Assembly (NCBI GenBank): GCA_002633005.1
Contig: NMRA01000949.1
Span: forward strand, 2,696 to 66,695
Source: Phoronis australis
Lineage: Eukaryota > Animalia > Phoronida
Reading direction: 5' to 3'
DNA length: 64,000 nt
Notes under the pieces: model-generated
The model's database searches: none
What the model was told of the DNA's origin: nothing
What the model saw: only the letters and a program-made list of their open reading frames with translations
Position numbers and translations under genes: made by a program
Shown here: positions 51,201 through 64,000 of the stretch, piece by piece
Position numbering within the stretch: position 1 is the first letter of the stretch
How the letters are laid out: every line of letters starts with the position of its first letter

Positions 51201-54200
51201 CAACCTCGATTGAGGAAATTCAAGCCTTGGGAATGAAATTACCGTAGGTAGTAACTTAAAGCCACAAGATAAATTCCTCGAGATTCTAATCTTTGAACAG
51301 TGCCAATTGGTCATCAACTAAACCAGATATCTTTATTGCATAACAAAATACACCTATATACAACGTATGCAGGTGTGCACCTATTCGTGTGTCAGTCCTC
51401 CATACCTTGGCCTCTTATTCGGAAGTCATGATTTGTACATTTATAAATCTAGTCAATTTTATAGTAGTTCATGGCAAATCTTTGCAACTGTTCAAATGTG
51501 GACATTTAGTTTCAGCTTATATAAATAATGCTTAACTTAGCAAAAAGCTCCGAGTGCGTACAAGCATTTTATCTCCGGCGCCTGGAAAACCAAACAATGT
51601 TTCCTTCGCAGAAATAAATATTTCGCTATCAAACAATTGCTTCAACCAGTCTCCATTGAGGTCATACAACAGACCAATCCCAAAATAAATGAATCTCAGT
51701 TTCCGCGGAAGGTGAACAGTTTAGAGTCTGACTGTTTAATTTTCACAAGACTGGCCTTGATTTTCAAAATCTATGATGTAGTCTAAACTGAAACTATTTC
51801 ATCTGTAAATCACAATAAAATCCAAAACCCCTGTAGTGTTTTTCCAGTAAACAATAAAATCCTCCATGTTTAAACATGACGAAGGTCTTGTGTAACTAAG
51901 GTAGAAACTCACGTTCATACTTCAGTGCAAAATATTTTGATATATCTGACACTGCCTACTTAAGTACGAACCTTTGATGTCCCTTAAATAACTTCAAACA
52001 CGAGTTCAAATCCGGCGATATTTCGAATATAGACTCGGATTTATAGGTTCACAGGGGCAATCAAGTAAGAACGTAGACTAGAAACTCATCTGCCAAACTC
52101 CAGCCAAACAATTGTTTTGATTTCGTACTATAACAGAACAGAAAATTCGAAATCCCAAGTTTGCGTTTTTAGCTACAGTAGAATCTAGGTGTCATGAAAA
52201 GCGAAACTGGACGCGTCAATCTGCGTAAACCCTCATATATTGAGCGCACTATCACACTTAATTGAGTTTATACCCAAGTAGGACATAAACATGAAAAATA
52301 ATTTGCAGTTCTAGCTCTAAGATGTAACGGCTAATTTCGGGTGTGCCAAGGTCTTCAGAATTGAGGTAACTCTTGCGAAATGACGAAGTCGGCGTGTCTC
52401 AAATGAAAACAAGCCAGAGATGGTGCACTGTGCCTATAAGACAATTCTTAAAGAACCATTGAGGCAGGACACTGCTGTACAATTGCACAGCGTTGTATGA
52501 TAGATAGTCGGACCTGTTCCAGCCAAAGGCTGGATGCAATTTTCGTACTTTGGTGTAATTTCCTATTTTGAAAAAATAATACCTTAAATCGGATTAATAT
52601 TCTGCAACTTTAGTTTAGTAGATACACGTACGTGATTAGGTGCGGAAGGTATCCCCTCCATTATGAAACAATTGCTTTGCCGCTCGATCTGAAGTCAGTG
52701 ACGTAGTCTCTTTCCAATACGAATGTGTTCACGCCATCTGAAGCGTATTATAATTTCTAGAAGTACACTATTTCGTAACTGCTACCGTCGACACTGTGAA
52801 CTATAGGCTATCTGTAATAACTCTAAATTTCTTCCGTATACTCAACCGGTCATGCTTTTACAACTGTGTATTTGGATACCATCATACTGGCTTTGTTGTA
52901 AAGTAAAATACTTGTCCTATGCTCCATTGAAATACAAAGAGACCGTACACTGAGTCTTCAGGGTTTGAAAGTTATATCCATTTGGTGTGAACGCAGCATT
53001 GGATTCGTTCCAGCTAATTTCTTATACCCCCAGGAGCATATTACATCTCCGTTTTTATAGCAGTTCCGCTTATAGACGGTGGGAAGATGTGATCGGCGAT
53101 AAACAGTGACAGATGTAAACATGATGTCACCGCAGTCAACACTAATGCAACATTTCCAAGATTGTCTATGTGTGTATTTGACATTGTCTGCGAATGCACA
53201 GGTATTTACCTGACTACCAGCTGTTTTCAAATTAAACAGGTGGACAGGTAGTGTCCAGTCAAGCACATGCTTGAAACAGCTATGGGTTGTAGAAAGGTTG
53301 TGGTGTCGATACAGTTACACATTGAGACAAGAATCAATAATATTTTGATTGCGACGTGGGTAGCTGTTGAACTAAAGTAGATGACGTAGTCTTTATTGGG
53401 AAATGGAGAGTGCGTTTCAAACGAGGCCTGTCTCATGAAAGTCCCTGAGACTGGCAGAAATTTGGTCATACGCTTCCACTTCGCAAATGCAGACAAAAGG
53501 TTAGCCAAGGAATTTGAGCGGGTCAAAATGTAGAAATAATTTGAAGATATTATCTCGGCAAATATCAGATACAATATCAGAGACTGCACTTTTGCTCAGG
53601 TGATATTTAACTCCTTTTCTAAAATAGGTGTGTGGAGCGTAAGACCAAATTTCTTAACTCACCTTTTCATGAAACCGACCCCTGGAATAACGACGTTTTA
53701 AACTCTGGATAAGAACGACATTTCCCTTACAATGTGTCCAAGGGTTGAACATTGCAGCTAAATTTCAACGAGAAGAACAAATTTCTAATCGAATACACGA
53801 GATTAATTAAAGCTACTGCACCTTGCCATTTCCTTTAAAAAACGCAGGAAACAATGAATGTCACTAATCAAAAGATATTATAAAAAATAAAAAAAAAATA
53901 AAAAGAAAAATATTATAAAAGTACAAACATCTCGTATAAATTCCTCGAAGTATCCGATAGGCATTCCTTCAGGTTTCTAAGTGTAGTTTAATGAGCAACA
54001 CAAAAATTAAAATATTTGATTGGACGTTCGCGTCTGTCGGTTTCGTCAGTGTAAATAATCGTCACACACGGTGTGTAGTTCTTACTTTGACGGGGACTAA
54101 TTAAAAACTGTGTTCATTAAGAACCGAGTAATCGCAGCTCCTGACACAAACATCTTACCAACCATCTGCGATCAGAAGTAAAAAGCCTAAAGCAATCAGA

Positions 54201-55659
54201 TCAGCAGCGCCTCCGGCACTAATGATTACCAGTTATTACACTGAGATTGCTTGCTCCGCGATGAAAGACTTTTATCTTTATAAAAAGCTTAATTGAACGC
54301 TCCAGGAATGAATGGAAACAGACTGGCTGATTGGGAAGGCAGACAACCAATTACCTGTCAGCAAAAAGCAGCTACCAGAGCGGAAAACGCATGGTGCACA
54401 ACTCCGCATGAGTTTTTAGTGATTTCATGCCTTCCAGGGATCGTGATGGAATTTCATAAATTGAAGAGTAGATTATTTTGTCGCGATTAAAGGCCCATAT
54501 TTCTTGTTAAAATGGAATACAACGGTAATAAATCTCAGTAAAACTCAGTTGTGTAAGCGCTGTGCACACGCTTAAAAGATTTTGCAAGTCTGAAGCAGGT
54601 TACGTACGTGCACATGTTTTCCGTTTTTCCTTTCCCGTCTTGGGTGTGTGAGCTTAGTTGTGAGGGGTGTGTGCAAAACTAAGTCTTCGTTTTTAATTAC
54701 GTATAGTTTGGAAAATTGTCATCAGTGTTATAGAAATTTCACTTGCATACCGCCCAAATAACAAAACTATTCATCAAAGATAACTGTTTAACCTTCATTA
54801 CTTAAAGCAGAAGGGACGCAATCGGCGATTATGAGTATTAAGGTTATGTGCGTTTAGTACCCAAGAAAAATGCAAATCTGGCTAACTTCGGAACGGTATA
54901 TCTCAGAACTGGCCAACACGATTCATATGAAACTTTCAGTTACTTTATATACTACCAAGAGGTGCTTGTAAAATGGTCCACTTTTGTCCGAGGAGTTATC
55001 AAAATGGGACTTCTATGATTTTTTGAAAACTCAAAAGTTATAAAACGAAAACGAAATGATCAGTAACAATGTTCTTGAGATTTCACCTTAAACATTTGTA
55101 AATATTGTCACGTGACCCAATTAACATCAGATTGGCAAAGGGTAAAAAAATACAATTTTACAGGCTTCCTACACTTAACAAATATATACTTTTACAAAGT
55201 TAATTTCTATAATTTTGTAGATATCTGCACAAATACACATACTTGTCGATAGGGTGCTTAATATACCCAATCATCACAAACTCGGCCAATGTCCCTTCAA
55301 GGCAACACGCACAATGTTAAAAAATACACATGAACTAAACGAAATAAAATATTCCGAAACATAACAGAAACGTTGACACATATCAATCATGCAGAGAAGT
55401 ATAACCTACGAAAATTTAAAAAATCATTTCCGAAGTGGTGATATATGTGTGCCTGTCCATGGTTCTCAACTTAGCTAGTCGCGCCGTCTCTCTCATATCA
55501 CGTGCACTTTAACTGGCGAGCCAATAATCCAATCAACTATGTATAACAAGGCAAAATCAAATAGAAGTACAAAGTGAACCTGAAACTGGTCGATGATCAC
55601 GTAGAATATGATGATCACAAACTAATTATAACGATGGAAATAAATATGGTGATGTAAAT

Positions 55660-56403
<744 letters not shown>

Positions 56404-57572
56404 CAAAAACACTATGAAATTCATGTGTGAACAACTAGCTCTCTCCATGTTTTTTCTGACCATTTGGCTGTTGACCACTAGACGGGAGGGTAGCCAGTAA
56501 TTGCGTGTATGACTCATGATAACGCAGTCATAAAAATACATGTATTTTCTTATTTGATAGAATATCTATAATTTAGTGAGGTTAATGTTTCGGAGTTCAC
56601 CATTCAACTATGTTTTGGACAGGTTATACCCTGTACGTACCGCATATATTTATGTTAAGTCAGGTTGTTGATGAATACATCTTACTAAATTGTAAGAACT
56701 GTCTATTCCCGATAAATTCTTAACAACATAGTAACTCGAAAACCGAGCTATCACTGACGAGAAGTTGCTAAATACAATAATTGATGCACGCTGAGCCAAT
56801 GATCTGTAAATGACCTGTATCGAGCGCCATCTATTTTACTTTCGGAAAGTGAATGCGTCGCAAGTGCTTACAACTGCAAAAGCCGATGAATAACGAACGC
56901 GACGTCGTAACCTAATACTCATTCTTGGAAACAAAAAAACCCCTGAAACTCATGCCATAGTAATTTTGAACCATACGGAATGACATGATAGCAAGCTGTT
57001 GGTGAAAGAGCGTTTCGTTGTAATTCTCGCCACCGACTTAAAACGCATGGCCCCTTAAAAGCCGCCAATTAGTCCAAAAAGCAAAGTTGATTCTCATTTC
57101 CACTTGGACTCATTTTGAAACCTGAGCTTACCAATTGAAAAAAAAAACGGTAACCCGCATCAGTTTGAACCAATGTCTTTTTTGTAAAAGTGACAGTCTT
57201 AAGAAAAGTACGTCACCACCGACTCCATTTTCAAAAAAAAAGTAAAAACTATGCTACTTTGTTATCATTGTTGAATCAACGAAATGACCAACCGACGTCT
57301 CGCGACGATTTTGCTGGCTAATCTTGGATGTCACGTCATAAAACGGCTCGATCTTTGGGGATTTTGTTAATGGTAGGTTATGTGCGATAGTCCCAGACAG
57401 AATTCAGATTTTTGGATCTCAAGAGCACCCGTGGTCATGGTTATATTTGATGGCAACTAGGTCTCTAAAAAGCTCTTTTTCCCATTCCGAGTTTTGCTAC
57501 CATAAAAGTGTTTAACATTGGAACATATTTGACCCATAGCAAGAAGATTAAAACTCTTTTGTATAATTGCAG

Positions 57573-57742
57573 TCCTTGCCAACCACACCCAGTCCATAGA
57601 GAACGCTAGACGTGACACGGACGAGCAGCGACTGTTGCAGTACTTGATGACCGGTTACCAGAAGGCGGTTCGCCCGGTGCTCAACGCATCCACTGCAGTC
57701 AAGGTGCATTTGGGTCTCACTCTCAACCAGATATTTGACGTG
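57573..57742 (+). CDS. nAChR alpha exon 2 (VLANHTQ...DEQRLLQYLMTGYQKAVRPVLNASTAVKVHLGLTLNQIFDV)
   Basis: ttgcAG acceptor, GTaggt donor, and the E.RL...L..GY...VRPV.N N-terminal helix motif. Phase 1 to 0. Confidence 0.95.
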
Positions 57743-59304
57743 GTAGGTCCTTGCAAAAATTACGCTTGGCGTTGTTTTAAAATTTTCAATGGCTGAACTG
57801 GATTGTCTTCGCCAGCTCTTCTGGGACTACTGGCAAAGTCACGTGATTGGTTTGTCATCAGGAAGTTGTCCTACATACACACCAATCAGTAACTCTAGGC
57901 ATACGCTTGAATCTCGCTAAAAAGCTAGACTTCACGAGATATTATTGTGTATTCTAAATTAGAACACGTGATTTTGGCTAAATTTTCTAGTCGCGGCTCT
58001 AGTGAACTCTACCCAGATGTCAAATGATTGACTGTGGGTTTGTTTAAAATGTAGCTATGCTTTGAGATTGTGCGTAGATGGAAAGTGAATAATCAAATCC
58101 AGTAATTAATTTATTACATGATAACCCCTAATTAGACAAATGAAACCTATTGTTAATTACGTAATCAACTACAAAGAGTAACTACGCTAGCGCCCTCTTT
58201 AAAAATTACTTTAATAAAACTACCAAAACAATCAAATGTCTTATCTGCTATCCAAGCTAGGACTCTCCACTTGTTGGATGTCTGTCCTGTTGATGAATCT
58301 TCGAACTACACACACTGTATAGCGACAGTGTGCTCGCTGGTCACCGTCTTTGGTGATGCAACACTTGCAGGCAATTTTTTCTACCTGCGATTCTTCTTGC
58401 TGGTCACAGTCTCTGGCTGATGACGCAACACTTCAGGTAGTATCTTACTACCCACAATGCAAGTGACAAGCTCTTAGTTAACTTCCTGTTCGTTAACCCT
58501 TGCCCTTGCCAAGATCCCTTCTAGAATCTTCCACGAGATGGCTCTGTCGTAAAACTGCTTCTGTACACCGTAGCAAGTCTTTATACTTCAACTACTATAG
58601 CGCATCTAATTATCTTGTTGATTTCAGCCCATAATATAGCATTCTACTTATTTAGTGATTGGCTAATAAAAACCACATGATCTTATCCACTCATATTACT
58701 GGCTGTTACAATTTGTTCTCAGAATATTCTAGAATCTCTAGAGTACTTTGACCCCAGAACCCAAAGTTGTAAACACCATCTAAAAATAGATTTTGACGTT
58801 AAAATACATGTCAACAAGTCTGACCCCATGATTTAAAAGTACATATGCACAAATTTTGGGCAACTTATAATGGATCTATTCTTACTAATTACTTAATCAA
58901 TATTTATTCTGACACCAGATATCGCTGGTTGACCCGGCTGAACGGGCGAAGTCAATTAAGTACAGCCAGTGATCAAATTTTCTAAAAGAAACCTTACATA
59001 TCATATTAGACATGTACATAGTTTTCCCGTAAACGCGATTACCCAGAATACAGTAGTAGTCCGCCATCTTTAAAGGCAAGCTTTCGCCATATAAGGCCCG
59101 GGAAGGTTTTGTCGATCTGAGGGAATTTAAAATTGCGACGACCTTGGATAACCGTGGATCATGGGCAGAGCTAAAACATTGAGCCGATCTAGGACAGTTC
59201 AAAGTTCTAAGACCATCAGACTTTTCCAAACTTAAGCACCCCGGGAAACTTGAATTTGTTAATAAAACTACCCTCACTGATCTCATCGCCATATTTTGGT
59301 GTAG

Positions 59305-59459
59305 GACGAGAAGAACCAAGTACTTGTGATCCACGTATGGCTAGACCAGGAGTGGGTGGATGAAAAACTAATATGGGATCCGGCCAAGTACAACGGACTT
59401 AAGGTTCTACGAGTGCCCTGCTCACTATTATGGCTTCCAGACATTGTCCTCTACAATAG
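59305..59459 (+). CDS. nAChR alpha exon 3 (DEKNQVLVIHVWLDQEW...WLPDIVLYNS; loops D and A)
   Basis: gtAG acceptor, GTaagt donor, and the DEKNQ and WLPDIVLYN motifs. Phase 0 to 2. Confidence 0.96.
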
Positions 59460-61296
59460 GTAAGTGTTGAGCGTTGTCGTAGCTGCAGTCTTTTTGTCCT
59501 GTAACAACACAAGGGAAGGCAATTTGACGTTTGTTGTGTACCTAGATGCAGCTTGAAGCATTTGATATTCGAAACGTCCTCGCAATTTAAGCTGGGTGAT
59601 TTTTCGAAAAATCACGATATTTTGTGCTCTCCTTCCGTAACATTATTAACCAAGAGATGTCTCTACATGGTGCCTCGTTTGCCTATCACAAGCTCAGAAA
59701 TTGAAAAGATTCACAACGTCATACTCTTTTAACACACTGAATGATGAAGAGATATAACTTATACTGGTGAAATCTCCAACTTTCTAGTTCTGTTGATAAC
59801 CATTACAAATAATGCAACAAGTAGCAATGTCTCAAAACTTTAACTGAAGAGTGTTACTTACACGTTTTCACACCAGTTTTTGTGATAGTTTGGAGAGCTT
59901 TCTGCAGTTCAAACAATGGTCACAACTAATTTGACTTAGTGATATACGTGGAGTGGGAGACTAGAAAACATATTTTCCTTTAAAACAAAGTTAAATTAAC
60001 ATTGCCGTGGACCCAAATATTCTAAAATTTGATCAAAATCACGGATGTCAGTTCCTATCTAACTTGATGAATCAACAAGGCTGACTTATTTTCTTGAAAA
60101 TTCAGGGTTTACTTTAATTTTTTGGGGGTCGGGAGGTCTACGAAAAGAGGAAATTGAAGGGACGGAACTCTGGTTGGGAACTCTTGCCAGTTCTGCCAGT
60201 TCAACTGGGTAGGACTTCCGATTGGTCTGTAAGCCGTAAGTCGCCATCGTGAACCAATCAGACGTCTTAACTGTTTGACCAGGCTGAACCGGCGAAGCCA
60301 ATCAAGTGCAATTACTGTAACTTCAGTTCTCTTTGGAGCGTGTAGATTTTGGTATACGGACAAAACCGCTGACAAGATACAGTGAAACTCAAACAAAAAT
60401 GATTATAATTTTAGCAACTTCCGCAGTCGACGTTACATGAAAAGATAGATAGTCTTAATTTTTGACAGCCGTGATAACGTTCGCGAGAACGTTGCATTTG
60501 TACACACAAAAACGTGCAGTCTGTGATCATGAGGGACTTTAAAAACAACCACTCAGTTTTATGAGTTTACAGTCAATATCTAAAACGACATTCAAGACAT
60601 TGATTACCCTTAAAATGCCAGTTTGGAGAAATGTTATGTTGGTTTTACTTAAATCTGGTTTGTTGCCTGCTAGTACTTCATTCTGTCACAAAGTTGTTCA
60701 GGGTGGCTGTGTTACATCTATCAATTTATTTCAACATTTAAGTCCTTGGCCTACATGTTACATAAAATTTACAGGATGACGCTGAGCAGCTTTTCCCTGA
60801 GGGCAGTGGCGTGAAATACAAATTTCATTAGATTAATCTGAGCAATAGGCTCCGACATTTTCATTAGCTTTACAAATTTATGTTTATTTGGTTCACGCCA
60901 GCAAGCTATGGTTGGAGCAACGTAATTTAGGCATAGCTGCTAAAAGGATATAAGGCATATCACTCAACAGATAGGATTCCATTTCAAAATCAATTTTAAA
61001 TGAGGAATATGTATTAAGTTTTGAGCTATTCTCCACACAAATGCTCCAGTTACTTCCAACTCCCAGTAGTTGCTTACAGAGGTGGATTTCTTGGCCCTAA
61101 ACGTTCGCAACACAGGGTAATGCAGCATAGGTTGTTGGCTGTTTTCAAACAATTTGTTTCAAATGCTTGAAGAATGACGATGATTACAGAGAATGCATAT
61201 CAAACCTATTTCAAAGACAGTTAATGCATGTTTGTTTGTTTGTTTGTTAAAACATGACGCATTTATGAAGGACACATTACAATTGTATCGTTGCAG

Positions 61297-61474
61297 CGTA
61301 GATGAAAACCGCGGCTACATGCAGGCTCTAGCCATGGTCGAGCATACGGGTACGGTGTTCTGGCCGCCCATAGTGAAGTTCCAGAGCACGTGCATCATAG
61401 ACATCAAGTATTTTCCGTTCGATGACCAGATCTGCCATCTCAAGCTGGGTTCTTGGGCGTATGACGGGACGCAG
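61297..61474 (+). CDS. nAChR alpha exon 4 (Cys-loop CIIDIKYFPFDDQIC, loop B GSWAYDG)
   Basis: ttgcAG acceptor, GTaaga donor and the Cys-loop signature. Lies inside track ORF 61193..61603. Phase 2 to 0. Confidence 0.97.
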
Positions 61475-61939
61475 GTAAGAGACGCGGGAACAGTTACCTG
61501 CACCACCGTCAGAGGTTCTTTTAAAAACTCACGATTCTGTTTTACTTGTGAAACCTCTTGTACGTTTTTACTCCTGCAACATGGGTTTTCTTTTGAAGAG
61601 TGACAATGAGTTTGTGCTAACGATTCGCCAAACATTAAATAAACAGAGACTCACTTAACAATGTTCACGAAAGATTTATGTTTGCCATTCCACCCTGGCT
61701 TGTAAACGCTTAATACTTTCGATAGATTCAGTATCCTTTTGGCGTGAATTGCCACTTAAAAGAAAAGTGCAATAATTATCAGCATACGGAAGGAAATGCT
61801 GATGGCAACTTTTTGCATGGCTAAGCCTTTTTATTTGCTTATAATTTGCTATTTTTGAACCAAATCAGACATGCCTGCTCAGTTGCTTTAAGACTACAAA
61901 AAATGAACTGACGCAGATGTTTTTGTATGCCATTGTTAG

Positions 61940-62294
61940 GTAGACGTGCACAAACGGAACGAAGGTGTCGACTTGTCAAACTACGTTTCTAACGGCGAGT
62001 GGGAAATGGTAAAGTTCGAAGCCCGCCGTAACGTTGTCTACTATGCGTGCTGCCCGGAGCCCTATCCGGATGTGACTTTCTACTTGCACTTGCGCAGAAG
62101 GACTTTGTATTACACGACCAACATAATAATTCCGTGTGTGATGCTGTCCGCGCTGACTTTGCTTGGCTTCTGGATGAGGCCGGATTCAGGAGAAAAGGTT
62201 ACTCTGGGACTGACGGTGCTACTAGCTTTCTCGGTGTTCATGTTGTTAATAGCCGAAAACATGCCGGCCACCTCTTTCTTTGTGCCTCTTATAG
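61940..62294 (+). CDS. nAChR alpha exon 5 (loop C YYACCPEPY, M1, M2 GEKVTLGLTVLLAFSVFMLLIAE)
   Basis: ttAG acceptor and GTaagt donor. The vicinal cysteines define an alpha subunit, and GEK before M2 indicates cation selectivity. Phase 0 to 1. Confidence 0.97.
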
Positions 62295-63441
62295 GTAAGT
62301 GTCAATCATTGCAATCCATTCGTCACAGAAGTCTTCATTATGAAAACGTTTTGTTGTTTCAGTTCAAATCATTTTTCCTTTTTGCTTCATTGAAGATTTA
62401 AATTTTCCAAAACAGTATAACGATAATTCCATTCCCAGTTTTAAGTAAAAGACGCTTCGTGCTCATTGGACAAGAGAAAATCGGACATAATGCATGGTTG
62501 ATAGTTTTCACTAGTACGAAGAGTTGTCAGTCCAAATCCTGTGCTTCCCTTTAGCCTACATATATATTAGAGACGTAACCTGTCCGTAAATAAGTATTCA
62601 CAGACGCGGCTAAGGTAGACACTGCGACAAAACGTTGAATGTCGTTAAGTTGTATGGGACGCTGGGTAAAGGGGAACGCGTAAACGTCATTTAAAAGTAG
62701 ATAACTCGATTTGGATTTTTTATTCAGATCTGTCTTTCAAGTCACAGTTTGTTCTGTAAAAGGCTTGGTTGTCGTAATTATAAGGTTCATAAACCATAGC
62801 CTGATAGCGTCTTTCTCCCTGTGAATGCTGATGGAGGAATTACTTTACTTCTCTCTGCGACTTTGACCTCAGCAAGGAACGCCGCCAACTGTCTATACTA
62901 CATTTACAAAGCGTCATAACAACCACAACATGGTGGCCCAGATACGGATCCACGTTCACGACCAACTTAGGTGTCTCACAACGGAACATTTTATCCTCCG
63001 TTGCAGCATCAAGGTCAGGGCAGGCGTTCCAAACTCCTAGGTCCCTGTATCCATGCTTGAAACAGTTAAGATCTTAATTGACTTGCGTACTATATCCATT
63101 GAAGCACTTGATTCACTCCGCTTATTCAGGTGGCAGGCGGCGGGGCCCAAACTATAGCTAGGACATAAAGCATTTGTTCGGTCTGCGAGAACGCAAGATC
63201 ATACAAAACCTCGCAAAATGTGTCCATGTATTACAATTGCGAAGCACCTGGTCACTCTAGCTTCTTTTGTGAGATTACTGCGTCTGAACTCATCCTTGGA
63301 TTATTCGCATAAGACGGCAGTCATGAGCGAAAACCAATCAGGGACCTTAGCTTGTTAATTAGGGTGAACAAATGAGTTGGAATGAATCAAATGCCGCAGC
63401 CATTGACGTAAACTTGTTGCTTAGCTTATCGTTTTTTTCAG

Positions 63442-64000
63442 GTATTTACATAACCATCGTGATGTCATTGACATCAATATCAGTGATTGCATCAGTCTTA
63501 GTTTCGAACATACACAACGAAGGCACGAGGGACCGACCAGTCCCCAAGTACGTGCAGAAGGCCATTAAAGCGGTTGCATGCTTCGCGTTCATTCGGCGAC
63601 CGTTGTTTCAAGATGACGACGACGACGTCGACACCAAAAGCGAACGACAGAACTCATATCGGTCTTGCAACGGTGAAAAAGACGCTGAGCATAATCTGAT
63701 TGCTTATGAGAACGGTAACAACTCAGTGCCGCCAACGATGTACGGCGGACAAAATGTGGAGAAAGACTGTGACGCAATACTGCAGAAACTGCGGACTATA
63801 ATGGACAAACAACAGGAAACGATGAAGAAACAAAACTGGTCACAACATTGGCACGACGTGGCAGAGGTCACCGATAGATGTCTCTTTTGGTTGTATTTTC
63901 TGGCCACCTTGTCGGCGACTCTGGTAGTATTGGTGATTATACCTCTGACGAAGGAAGCGATAACCATTGACTCATTTCTGGCAAAGTCAAAAACAGCTAG
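63442..64000 (+). CDS. nAChR alpha exon 6 (M3, cytoplasmic loop, M4 W..VAEVTDRCLFWLYF...); open to the window end
   Basis: tttttttcAG acceptor, GIYITIVMSLTSISVIASVLVSNIH (M3) and HWHDVAEVTDRCLFW (pre-M4). No in-frame stop before 64000; the final TAG is out of frame. Confidence 0.95.

Noticed and set aside
58237-58709. Possible solo LTR (TG...CA ends, minus-strand CCAAT and TATA-like motifs)
   Set aside because: No matching TSD (TCAAA vs ATTTG), no PBS/PPT and no second copy in the window.
63998-64000. Terminal TAG as the nAChR stop codon
   Set aside because: It is out of frame (…AAA ACA GCT AG). The CDS continues past the window.

Overview
AT-rich eukaryotic (animal) genomic DNA, most likely from a marine invertebrate; a lophotrochozoan is my inference from the receptor type and repeat content. 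I rebuilt two spliced + strand genes by hand from GT-AG sites and phase-consistent exons. (1) A complete 8-exon metaxin-1-like gene (1038-15448, 318 aa, C-terminal membrane anchor). (2) A cation-type nicotinic acetylcholine receptor alpha subunit (32951 to beyond 64000, 6 exons, about 24.6-kb first intron, CDS runs off the window). Most long ORFs in the track are spurious readings of repeats. The remaining sequence is transposon debris. It includes a nested pair of long-TIR DNA elements with intact TSDs in metaxin intron 1, with an inverted sister copy upstream of the promoter. It also includes two Penelope-like GIY-YIG fragments with degenerate hammerhead motifs (one carries a tRNA-derived Pol III head), a THAP remnant, several MITE families, two minisatellites and a ~740-bp (ATG)n tract. 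I cannot demonstrate a new biological system. The best leads are the tRNA-head + hammerhead Penelope terminus (3215-3827) and the nested fold-back structure around metaxin exon 1 (1-3078).
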